Below the pieces are notes generated by a model. That model was not told the DNA's origin and ran no database searches. It saw only the letters and a program-made list of their open reading frames with translations. A program made the position numbers and the translations under genes. 64,000 nt of DNA from Kudoa neothunni (lineage: Eukaryota > Animalia > Cnidaria). The stretch is from positions 12,405,843 to 12,469,842 of the forward strand of contig OZ199838.1 of assembly GCA_964304625.1 (NCBI GenBank). The letters run 5' to 3'. This document shows positions 52,137 to 64,000 of this stretch, piece after piece; positions within the stretch are counted from its first letter, which is position 1, and every line of letters starts with the position of its first letter.

Positions 52137-52534
52137 CCAATAATTAAGTCGAGAGGGCTGCAAGGATTAAGAGTAAGACATTTCACTACCTCAAACACTT
52201 TAATCAACAGTAATTTGAGTTATATTTGTGTGTGAGTATATTGATTGTTGAACATGCTGTCAATCTGTCGGATTTGTATTATATGGACGATACCGATTTA
52301 TGTGATAGCTCGTTTGGCTGACTAATAATTTTTAACGATTAACAATCAATCGAATATTTAACAATTTCAACACACCATAGTTTGTTCGATTTGATAATCT
52401 ATGTTGTGTTGGATAGATTTTTATCGTAATACATAGTATCAATCATTATTAACTTCGATTGAATCCAATAATTCCTAATAACATTGGAAGATTTGTACGA
52501 GTTTTTGTACGTTTTGTCATCAATCGTTCTAGGG

Positions 52535-54001
52535 ATGACATTGCCAGAAAGTGATGACCCCAATCAAAAACTCCCTAATGGCAAGTAACTATTTTTCCAT
52601 CTATCCACCTATCGGTGATGTTGGATGATCGTTGTGTATCATAGAATTTTATTGCTGATATGTTTTGGTTGTAGTAGTAGGAAGCTGTTTGTTGGTGGCC
52701 TGCACTGGAGTACCACAGAAAGTAACCGGCTGTTATTTGGTTGTATTATTGATTGACGTGTGTTTGTGTGTGTGGCTGTAGAGGCACTCGAGGAATACAT
52801 GAACCAATTTGGAACGACCGAATATGTAAAAATAGTTTATGACAATTATACTGGACGTTCAAGGTGATCTCGATTGTTGCAACTTATTTATTTGAATTAT
52901 TTTTAATTGTTATAGAGGATTTGGTTTTATTAAATTCATGGATGATTCTACGATCGAAAAAGTAACACCTACTATCCATTTTTTATTAAACCAACAACAA
53001 TTACTGACGTATCTCTCTACATTAGGTTATAAATAGCGGACCACATGTTTTAAACGATAAAAAAGTAACACAGATTGAGAGATGACGTTGTGGATTATTC
53101 TATCTAATAGATTGATCCTAAACCTGCGTTACCAATCACCACAGAAGCACCTGTTGATGATGTAACGATTTTACTATATTTTTTCTAATTCGTTATTTCA
53201 ATTGTGATTATCTAGTTGAATGAAAATAATACAGTTAGCAAAAAAATATTCGTCGGCGGACTTAAACATGATCTATCCGATGACTCTATTCACAATTATT
53301 TTAGCACCTTCGGAACGGTAGGTTTTTCTATTTTTTGACATCAACAATAATTATCCATCAATCTGCTATTTAATACGATTTACAATAGATTTCTGAAATA
53401 AAATTTTATTACCAAAAAAATACGAATATGAGACGTGGGTTCTGCTTCGTTGAGTATGAAGAAGTGGAATCTGCACAGAAAGCACTAGAAAATAGATATC
53501 ATAAAATTGATAATGAGACTGTAATTACGCCTATATCTTTGAACGTGAAGATTGTTTTGCCAATATTAATGTTGGTTTGTAGGTTGAAGTAAAGGTTGCC
53601 CAACGTAGACCTGTTAGATCTACCTAGTAAGAATTTCGAATGTATTTATGCGAACAAGTTTGTATTTTGTTTTCTTTCCTAGTATGAAAAATTTTAAAAT
53701 GAACCCATCGTATAATAACAATTTTATACCTTACTATGACTACTCACCGTACTACTATGTTGATCAACCTCATTCCAGTGCTTACAACAATCTCTATTAT
53801 GTGATGCCATATTATTACAGTATTACTCTTGTTTGGCATTATATATATTTAATTACGATCACATAACCAGATTATAATATGTCGCCAGCGGCTAAAGACT
53901 CGCCCAACCCACAACAGCTCTCTCCGAACAATTCAACCCTCTCACCAAAAACTTCTCCTAGGGGTTCTAAATCGGTATCTTTACCGGTAGCACAACAATA
54001 A
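52535..54001 (+). CDS. hnRNP A/B/D (squid/Musashi-related) two-RRM protein with a Tyr-rich low-complexity tail, about 11 exons
   Basis: KLFVGGLHWSTT, TGRSRGFGFIKF, IDPKPA, KKIFVGGL, RRGFCFVEY and VEVKVAQ. All joins are in phase. Confidence 0.92.
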
Positions 54002-54561
54002 TTGTTTTGGATTTTCATCCGATGAAATCTATTTGTTTTTTTGGCCTTTGCACTCTTTAATTTTGTAATAAACTTTCAAGTTTATTACAAGTAGCCCTTT
54101 ACTGCAACTTTAATAGTGGAAATCATTGCGCTTGTTTCAAACATTTTTCAGATGTTAGTGGTTCACATTATTTATTTTTGCCTCAAACTAAAGGATCTGG
54201 TGTTTAGTGTACACAAGCCGTAGGGAATGCTGTTGATGAGTGAGTAAAGAGTGGGGTAATTGTCTTCAATTTTAGGTGGTTTTCCTGCTGGATATTTTCC
54301 GAATAAATTAGATAATTAATTAAATATTTCAATGGTGTTGAATTTCACATATTAATAAAAGGATCATTTATAATCAGCTCAGAATATTCTGTTGCAACAG
54401 TACTCAGTAGATGCGCTGATAAATCGTTGTATTCAAATAAGTCCATTTAATGTAGAGTATAACATTTTATTTTACGGATCGTTCTGAAATCTCCATTGGA
54501 AAGAAATATTCTCTATTCAGAAGTATTACTGAAAGATTGTGAAAGTAGGGATATGCTAGAG

Positions 54562-57500
54562 CAGGGATAGGGATGGGCAAACTTTTTTGGTCCGGGGGTC
54601 ACACCCATAAAAAAATAACTTTTTGTACTGATATAAGATACAAAATGTTTTAAAACTCATTCTTTATCGATTACATGTTTTCATTAATTAAAATTAATTT
54701 TAATTTTTTCCTAAATATTTTTACGTATTACAACCCTAAATATGACTTACACAGGAAGAAATTTCCAAATCGTATGAACTTTTAAAATAACTCTCATTCC
54801 GAAAATTTGAAATAATTCGTCGTCTAAAAAACAACACAAAGTATTCTAATTATAAAATTTTACATAACAGTTTAGTTTAATTTAATTAGGAGATTTTTCA
54901 TTCGCGAGAAAATAAAAACAAACATCATAAAAAACATAATCCTAAATAAAAAGAACCAATACTAATGTGATTTATGGAAGTGGCAGTTATCGTTAATAAT
55001 TTCTTCAAAATCAGGTTTTTATGAGCTTGTACTTATTCCCAAAATCGAGCGCAGATTGGAGTCTGTCATTATCGCTCTAGTTTGAGACTTATTTATTTTC
55101 ATTACTGAGAACGTTTGCTCGCATATGTATGTTGATGCAAAAATAAAAAACATTCTTTTATCTAACATTTTCAAATTAGGGAATTTATCATTGTTGAGAT
55201 TAGGGTAAAAGCTAATCAAATTTTTTGTTTCGAACATTATTTTAGGGAAATGCCGGATTGCAGGTCTATTAATTCCAACTGCAGTTCTCCTGGGAATTTT
55301 TCAATGTCACATGTAACAGGCGAACAGAGCAGAGTAAAGTCACTTAGGATTAACCTAAAATCGGAAAATCTACTGGCGAACTCTTCTTTTAACGCTATTA
55401 GCTGGAAACTATAGCTATTATATAATTTTAATGTTTTGGGGGATTTTGAACCCTCAATGTGGGAAATAGTTGAAGTTTTATTTGGAAGGATTTAACTTCC
55501 AAATATTACTCGTGAGCAAATGAGCCTTTTCCTTGTAATTTTGCATTCAAATTATTAATCTTTTACATTATATCTACAACGAATGCGAAATCACATAACC
55601 ATGCATGATTTTTTATTTATTAACACAATCTCAACTAGTGTCCGTTATGATTAAAAAGAGGGAAATTTCGGTTTACAGGGCCCATACTTTACTGAGGACT
55701 TTACCCATACTTAACCATCGTATATTAGTGTAATAGAATAGAATACATCGGTAAATCAGATTCAATGTCCTCTAAAAAGCCCCTAAATTGCCTATGTAGA
55801 AGGTCTCTTAATCTTATCACATTAACAGTACACACTACAGCAATGGTTTCCAAACGGGGTCTGCAGCAGGAATACATATGAAAATTATTTATAGGCATCT
55901 AAATTTAAATAAATGTTGCCGATATATTTGACGATATCGAATATGAACAATTTTGTCCATTTTAATTAATTATTATTCTCATAACAAGTATCTAAATTTA
56001 GAATAATTTTAATAATAAAGGTTTTCAACCTTTCAATTTGTTAAAACACCACTGAATGCTATTAGCGGTACTCCAAAAATCTGAGTTCGTTTTTGAATGC
56101 AAGAGCTTGAATTTCATCAAATTTTGCTATCGTTTCATCTTTTTCCTTTTAAAAATTTTCTGCATAGCAAGTATTTTGCGATGTCAGGAATCGTGTTGTT
56201 CTGTCGCAATTGAAACAACAGAAAGTGAATGAGCCATGCTTGCTTTCACTTATGAACAACATCCAAAAAGTTATCGCTTTTGATTCAACGCTTTAACATG
56301 GAGACAAAAAATATCCAAATATTTTGGCTGTAATACGTAATCACAAATCACAAATATCATTTGTATTCATTTGTTTTTAATACAAAATAAACTATGAAAA
56401 TATCTCTGTTATTTTTGTTAATAAGCGCGAATGCAAATTTTAAAACGTGTATTTTCTTCATTTGGGTTTAATTTTACGTTTGGGGTTCTGCGATTCAAAA
56501 AAGGTTGAAAACCACTGCACTACAGGGTTCAAAACATGGTTGAATTTCAGTAAAGATCTGCACAAGCTTTCTTGGTGTATAATGCAATGAAATGACAAAA
56601 TTTTGCGTAATAGGAAATCTTCATTGATTTTATCAACCATCAGCTTTATTAACCCAGAGTGTTTTCTCACAAGTGAAGGCGCTCCACCAGTAGTGACACT
56701 GGTGAGTTTGTCCAAGCTTAAACCAGAACTGTTCCAACTATTCATAACGCTATCAAAAAAATCTTGTCCAGTTGTGGTATTCTTCAAGGATTCGAGTGAT
56801 AAGAGCTCCTCGGTAATTTTGAAATTATGGACAATTCCTTTTACAAAAATTAGTAATTGAGCGGTATCGGTAGCATCTGCACTTCCGACCAAAGTAATAG
56901 AATAATACTCAAGGTTGGCAATTTTTTCGAACAACATTTCTGGTACATTTTGAGAAATATTTTCAATTCTTCCTGTGACAAATTGTATCCAAAATTGGAA
57001 TGTTTGGTTTGATAATGGCGTTTCAAGTTGTATTCCTTGTACACAGTGATTGTATCACTGCAAATCAAACATACAGATACAGCCTTATTATTGATGCTGG
57101 TAAAAAAGCACTTTTCAGTCCACTCGTGATTGAAACTTCGACATTCGTCTTCAATTTTTCTTTTTTTACATTGACTGAAACTAGCCATCTCAACAAACTT
57201 TGTATACTAGAGAAAGTTTCGGCAAAAGTAAAAAAGGGGTAACCGCTGTTTATAGTGTCGTATTTTGGCATATTTTTCACCTTTTTTGAGAGCGATATGT
57301 TTTGTTAGTTTATTATATTTAATTTTGGTAAACAAATTTATTCCCGTGTATATAAAATCCGAAGTAATTTGAATAGAAAAATGCTCGTCGATCAGTAGAT
57401 CCATGAATGCCGGTTAAACGAAGTCAACATTACGTATTAAAGATTGGTAGAAAATAATTTTTAGCAAGCTTATTATCTCACAATTAATTAGCTTCTGAGG

Positions 57501-57930
57501 ACAAATAAGGTGTGATTTTTTAATTTTTATGACTGATGTTATCTATCAGATAGTTGAGATCATTTTTAATATATGTAGTCCTTTTTACAGTGATCCCTTT
57601 ATAGGTCAAACGTAAAAGTTAATATTTAGAAGTTACATTATGATGTGAAACGATTTTTATTGAAATTATTTCTTATTTTGTAAACTATATTCTCTCTTAG
57701 AACGATTCTTTGTAATAATATTAGAATTTTAATACTTAATTCACTTAGGCACGACGTTTGTGATGAATTATTTTAAACTTATTTAATACAATGTACATTA
57801 AAGTTCTTGAAACTAAAATAAGAATTTAAATTATGAGAGTTAAGAATATAAATTTAAATTGATTAGAAATAAAATAATTTTTGGCGACTGGTGTTGGAGC
57901 CTCTCATGGGCCGTAGTTTTCCCACCCCTA
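54562..57930 (-). mobile_element. hAT Charlie/SPIN (GTF2IRD2-like) transposon with a decayed transposase
   Basis: TIRs AGGGATGGGCAAACT and AGTTTTCCCACCCCT. KRKIEDECRSFNHEW, zinc finger CLIC...NLKRHYQTKH, DTAQLLIF, HCIIHQESLC and FASTYICEQTFSVMK. Confidence 0.92.
55841..56517. mobile_element. hAT MITE nested inside the Charlie transposase
   Basis: TIRs CAATGGTTTCCAAAC and GGTTGAAAACCACTG, perfect 8-bp TSD CACTACAG. Excision restores NHVLNPVVCTVNVIR...HRQF. Confidence 0.92.
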
Positions 57931-59574
57931 TGCTGTATTTTCCAATAAAACAAAAAATATTGTTCTGAAAAACAATTACTAATAATTAGATCGAATGAAA
58001 CGTTATGATATTTAATATATTGAATATTCCTTCCAGCCCAATTAGTTTAGTAAGTGATATTCCTTTTAAAATATTTAGTTTTAATGTTTCTTGAATAACG
58101 AGTGAGATAGTGATTCCAAAAAATTATGTTTGTTAATTCAAAGCTTTTCAATGTGATTAAAAATCCTTCTAGGCATCTTTAAGCTAAAATCTTGACGTTC
58201 AATTAATTCTTTCGTGCTCAATGTTCATCTAAAATTTAAACGAACAAGAGAAAAAAATTACACCTCCATGTTGCTTTATTTTTAATAGTTTCTCAAAAAT
58301 AGTTAGAAAATGGTAGTTATTTTCATTTATTTAACAATAAATTGAAAATTAATTTTATTGAATTCTAACACCATAATACACGTTCAAACATTTAAATTAC
58401 GTCATTTTAAAAAAAGTTACGTATGTTTATGCAAAATTTTTATTTGTTTCATGAAACGATTTGGTGGAAATGTGACATTTTATAGTTTAAAAATACTCAT
58501 ATATATTAGAAAAGTCGTGGAATTTATTTAAAAGAGTTATACAAGGATTATTGTGATGTATTATCTAGTAAATCATAATTGTCATTATATATAATTATGT
58601 AAAATATTCATTTAAAAGAAAAAAATGTACTAAAACTCAACCTGTTGTATCTATTTTAAAATGTTTTAACTTTAAATATTTTTAGTTACAAATTATTTTG
58701 GAAAGTGAGAAGTTGACCAAAAATTTGTGGGCATGCACAAAATATTAGATCGTTGTTAACGAATTCATTATATTAAGCCATTGTTTACAAATCTATTAAA
58801 AAATAAATTTACAATGTATTTTAAGACAACGTGAAAATTTTAAGTGGTTATGGTGCATACGGGTATGATTTTTATCTAATTTTCATTTTTCCAATAACTT
58901 GATAATTCTTGACAACAATTTTTGGCGAATTTTACCTTTTTATATGATTATAAATAATCATTTTTAAATTATATATTATCTTAATACTGAAAACAAAAAA
59001 TTTGGGCAAGGACGGATTAAGGGATAGATTGAATGAAATTATAATCGTAATCAATTTTATCAAGATTCCTAATTGAATTTTGCTTATTTTTTTAAACTAA
59101 ATTGTGAATAATCGATTAGATAATTATTCTATCGAATATACAAAGACTAATTGATCATATGTGTGTCTGCAAGCACACTCTTATACCGGGACTTTTATGT
59201 ATTTGTCTTGGTAAGTACACTTTCAAAGTTCTATTGATTAATTTTTCTAAGATCTGTCATGTATATATTTCACGACAATTAATTTGTATGGTCATTACAT
59301 TTACTTATTGAGAAGAAAGCGCCCAACGCGTACATGTTCTTTTGTAATATCGTATGACGTTAATATAAAAGGCGAATGTTATTGGCGCGATAAATTTTAA
59401 TCCTAAACGATATGTATGTATGCTCAATGACAATTTTTAACTCCAGCATATCTTATTCACAAACTATATCCAGACTTAATTCTTTAAACCTTGTTATATT
59501 TTATTTTATCTGGCCCACCGCCTTGTTCTTAGGGGTCAGAAATAATTAATATATAGTCAAAACTAGTTTTTTAC

Positions 59575-60070
59575 AAGGTCCAACCCCTGGCGCAACTTGT
59601 TAGGTTGTAAAGTGGGGCTTGTTAGGTCTTCTTCATGTACACTGTAGGCATTGCAGCGTCATATTAATAGGATTTACATTTATGCGGTAGTGTAACGTGG
59701 GATATTAACCCACTAAACATCCTCATTTTGGAGTAACTACCACCCCTAAACATACCATGGACTAACCTAGAATCAGTCTTGGAAAGCCGCCTGAATGCGG
59801 GCGTCGGCTCTACGGAAACTCTCTACTGGGTTTTATTTCGTTCCTATACCCCGGCGTTTATGAGCGCCCGCGAATTCTCTAACCCTTCCGTCAGACTCCT
59901 CTCCCAGCTGCAAGCGAGAAAGGCCACGATAAATTGTAGATCCTTGCAATTACTATACTACAGCCTTCCTACTTAATTTTGGATTAGGAACGCTCGGACT
60001 AGACTTCGAACTCGCAACCTCAAGGTAACATGCGATCTAGAACTAACACCACTATGTCGTATGTCCAGGC
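59575..60070 (-). mobile_element. tRNA-derived SINE, ~500-bp near full-length copy with a GC-rich body
   Basis: Reverse complement head GCCTGGACATACGACATAGTGGTGTTAG...GAGTTCGAAGTC is shared with 612-745. The 3' boundary is approximate. Confidence 0.7.
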
Positions 60071-60707
60071 TTAGTCAAAGCTAGTGGCACCCGGATATCA
60101 TTAACCATGCAAATAGCTCCTTTTTATTATAAATCATTGTCGATTTCTTGTAATTAGTATAGTAACTGTAATACTGTCGATCAGTATCATCTCATTTCAA
60201 CCGTTTTGTATTTATATTCGCGTCACACGATGATTTGACTATGACCACCCTAATAGCGGGAATCCCAGCATTCATCAGGAATTTGGCTTATTCCGATTTT
60301 TATTGGGAATTCGGGGTTTCGCATTAAAGCTTTTAAAACTGAACAAATTAAAATTCAAATGATCACAATATTCGAAGGTCGCATAACGATATATCTCGTT
60401 AATTAAAGCATTTAAAAGCGCAATTAAACGTGAAAAATTTCAAAATTCTTCACACTATGATATTGTCATGCTTTTTGCAAAAAATAATCAACCCTAGGAT
60501 GAAATAAACGTATCGTGCGCGCGCAGCAAACGTATAAAATGATTTTTATAATTTATTTTAATTATTTTTCAAATAATAACTCCAAACATAGGCTAACATA
60601 ATTTTAAATAATAGTAATGCCCATTTACCTGCCCAATTATAGTAAATATTAAATTCTATACCACGTGCACTGGTTTCCGATTTCTCCAAACTCATTGTGT
60701 GCATAGT

Positions 60708-63700
60708 ATGCAGGATTTGATTGACGCCAAATTAAGTTATCTGTATTGTTTAAAATTTTTTACTCCGCAGTTTTAATTTTAAAGTCACAACTACATTAGA
60801 TATGAAACAACGGGTGTTTTGATTAAGCCGTTGGTGAGTTACCCGAAATTCCAAGTATTTACTTTGATTGATGATCTTGTACTAACATTTTTATAACATA
60901 AAAAGTTGAGCCGAGATGAAAAATACATCGTTACTGTATATGAAGATAAAATTCAGATGATTGATCATTCTACAGGCAGATTGTTCCAATCATTTAACGA
61001 TGTGGATGAGGTTTAAATTATTCTTGTTCCATTAATCTAATTGTTTTTTATTAGAATATAAATGAGAATAAATCCAAAAACAAAGATGATGATGATGATC
61101 AAATTTACGATAGAGATAACATAAACAATTTTGTCATGGGCAATAACAAAAACCTCCTTGTAACCGTGTCCTTAGACCAGCTGATTCTAAAACAATGGGA
61201 TCTCACTCATTTCAAATGTGTTCAAACATGGAAAGTAATCATTTAAGTTGCGAAATTCTCTCGAAACTACGTTCTTCTATAGTCGTCACATAAACGCCTA
61301 ATATCTGCAATGGCTATCGATGGTACAGACACTCTCCTAGCGACGGGTTCTTCTGATAAGACTATAAAAGTATGGGATTTGAACAAACGATTCTATACAC
61401 ACAATCTTAAAACTGTGATTGGATTGGTGAACTTACTCAAATTCCATTCCGCTCCCGATCACATTTGGTTGGTGTCTTGTCATGATGATTGCAATATTAG
61501 AGTTTGGGACCTTCATGCTCGCAGTTGTATTGTTCAGTTTGAATCACATACCAGTCCTATTAGTTCCTTGGATTTCTTGAATGATGGATTAACCATGATT
61601 TCGTTTGGTAAAGACAGTCTCATAAATCTGTGGAATATTGACCAGTTGACCAACAACAAAATCATCAAATACACTGATGAGATAGAATATGGTCAGTTGG
61701 TTCCACCGACCGTGCTTAAAGCTCTCAATTTCGACGTCACCAAATTGTGTGTGATAGTTTGCAATAGCAAGGGTGAAATTGAAATTGTTCAACTGGATCC
61801 AATGGAAGTAAAATTACGGATGGCAGTCGGTTCAGCTACTTGTGCAGTGAAATTCTGCCAATGGTTGCACAGCGCTGAATGTACATGTGTTGTTGTTACG
61901 AGTGATTTGGATTTTTTGACCATCAATCTGTTTACAAAATCAATCGTGAATCAGGTAATTATTTATCATATATATTTTGGTTTGATGAATCATATTATTG
62001 ACAGTTCTGTGGCAACCTCAACGAAGTTATCGATGTAAAATATCTGCCAAACAGCAGATTAGCTTTGGCTACCACTGTTGAAAATATAAAAATTTACGAT
62101 ATGAGTGATCCAAATGAGATCGCATGTGAACAATTGCTATATGGACATCATGGTGAGTGTTCTTTTGGTTCTTCTATTAATCACCATTATAGGAACTGTT
62201 ATGAGTCTTGATTGCACAGAAGATGGATGTTATTTTGTTTCAGCCTCAAAAGTATTCCCACTAATAGAATCGAACAGAAATCATTTAATTGTTTCAGGAT
62301 AACAGCGTGCGAGTTTGGAAAAAAGATTTTAACAATTCCAACTATGAGCTCTGTGCTGTGGGTACTAGTCATATGCATGCAGTTAATTGTGTTGCTATTT
62401 CAAAGTCAAAGTATTTTGGTTGATTGAATGTAATGTGGGTTAATTTGTTGCTTAGAGAAAGTTCCTATTTTATTGTCACTGGTAGCGAGGATACCACCGT
62501 TAAAAAATGGTTATTTTCTTCGATTACCAACCAACAAATTTCACCTGAATGGACTAGCCATGTTCATCAAAAGGTATCATTATACTTTTAAACTTGTTAA
62601 GTAAAGAAGTAAACTGAGATCTGTTTGGACCTCATTTTTCTCTTTTTTTTACACGATTAAAGTCATTACTTGTATTTAAAAACGATAAATCGAGTTGATA
62701 AAAAATTAGATTTAAATAGCCCTTACACATTCATCCAATTTTTTATTTTTTAGACATGTAGTAATGATAATATTAGCATTTATGAAATCAAAATCTCATA
62801 ATTATTTTATTTGAATGGATTGAATTTGGATAAAATTAAGATTATTCTGTGGTCGTCTTGTACATATTCCTTCGATGGTTTTCTCCGATATTTTTATATA
62901 AATGTGAAGAAATATATTTGTAAAATGGTGTTTCTTGTTTAAGCGATATTTAACTATGTTTTGATTAAAAAATTGATTTTTAACATAATAGCTTTGAGTT
63001 ATGTGAATATCTAGCATTTTAAAGTAACTCACTTAATTACTAGTGTCTGAAAAATTTAATGTGAGTACAAAATCATTTTGATTCAAGATTTAATATTTTT
63101 TGCAAAAATATATAAAGAAATGTGAATTAAGCGTTTTTGGGGCCTGATTTCGGCGATATTCGAGGTTGCATAATGCATGAAATTTTTACCTTGGTTATTT
63201 TAAATGTTGTAAAATTTATTTTTAATTTTAGACAAATAAATTTAGTGAATTTTCTATTAATTATATTTTTTGAGGTTTTAAGAGTGATTTCCGTAATACA
63301 TTATTATTAAAAATTAATCCTCAGAAATATCGTCGTTTTGGCTGAATTCTTAAATTAATTAAAATTTTGTGGTAGACGAAAATTAAGCGTTTGAATAAAT
63401 GAAGTAGTTGTGCTACTTTGTATTGATCACTTAGTTGTATAAAATATTCGTTTAAAGCTTGATATAATTGATTTATTTTTTAAATTATGTAATAAAAGTT
63501 TAATTTATCGGATACACAAAAATAATCTCAACCAGTTGTATACATTTTTTGTGATATTTGAGGAATTGGATTATAAATGAGTGAATAGTTGTTAATTTTA
63601 TTACACATTTTATTCATGTGTTAAGGGGTCGCGAAAATGCTTGACTTTGTTTGGTAAAATTCAAATAATTATATTAACTCAAAAAAAAATTGAGTTCCAA

Positions 63701-64000
63701 GTGAGTCCGATTTTTACTCCTTGGGATATTCGTTTTCTGTCGTAAAAAATTAATAAATATGAACATGATGATGTTGTTTATCATATCTATCATTAATATC
63801 ATCATGATTTTCGAGATATTTATTTGTTGAATAGGGCATCAATTGTTGTGCTATATCTCCCAACAACAAAATAATTGCTACTGGATCTCATGATAAGCTA
63901 ATCATCGTATTTGTTGATTATTAAACCAATTAAATTATATTATATTCCATTTAAGCTGTGGAATACAAAAGGTAAGCAACATGGTCAGTTGGGCGGTCAT
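60708..64000 (+). CDS. TBL3: transducin beta-like protein 3 / UTP13 (WD40, SSU processome), continues beyond the window
   Basis: LLATGSSDKTIKVWDLNKRFYTHNLK, FCGNLNEVIDVKY, FIVTGSEDTTVKKW and INCCAISPNNKIIATGSHDK. A ~1.26-kb intron lies at about 62574-63834. Confidence 0.9.

Noticed and set aside
52610-52660. C/D-like boxes in hnRNP intron 1
   Set aside because: Imperfect C box and only ~44 nt between boxes.
59779-59976. 65-aa ORF
   Set aside because: Lies within the GC-rich SINE body.
1-64000. CRISPR arrays, prokaryotic operons or defence systems, non-canonical introns, alternative genetic code
   Set aside because: No repeat-spacer arrays seen. All conserved genes splice with GT-AG introns and translate with the standard code.

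Overview
AT-rich eukaryotic (animal-like) genomic DNA, not bacterial. Most introns are very short GT-AG introns (about 37-100 nt), and a few kb-scale introns are filled with DNA transposons. A reduced parasitic metazoan such as a myxozoan is plausible, but that is inference only. The ORF track therefore shows mostly exon fragments, and I spliced the genes by hand. Recognisable genes are LAMTOR2, MRPL43, RAP1GDS1/SmgGDS, a divergent eIF3g, FNTA, an hnRNP A/B/D-like two-RRM protein and TBL3/UTP13. There is also a C/D snoRNA predicted to guide U6 A47 methylation (SNORD7/mgU6-47). Lineage-specific or odd genes: (1) a tandem pair of large surface proteins built from a repeated ~100-aa four-cysteine beta domain, one membrane-anchored and one apparently secreted; (2) a type I Ig-domain protein whose start codon sits inside a ~140-nt hairpin and which has a 1-nt frameshift in its TM exon; (3) an SH3 protein resembling a GAP-less ARHGAP32/33 with several HxRxxS/T motifs. 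Mobile DNA includes mariner, pogo/Tigger, several hAT and piggyBac elements (some nested) and a tRNA-derived SINE.
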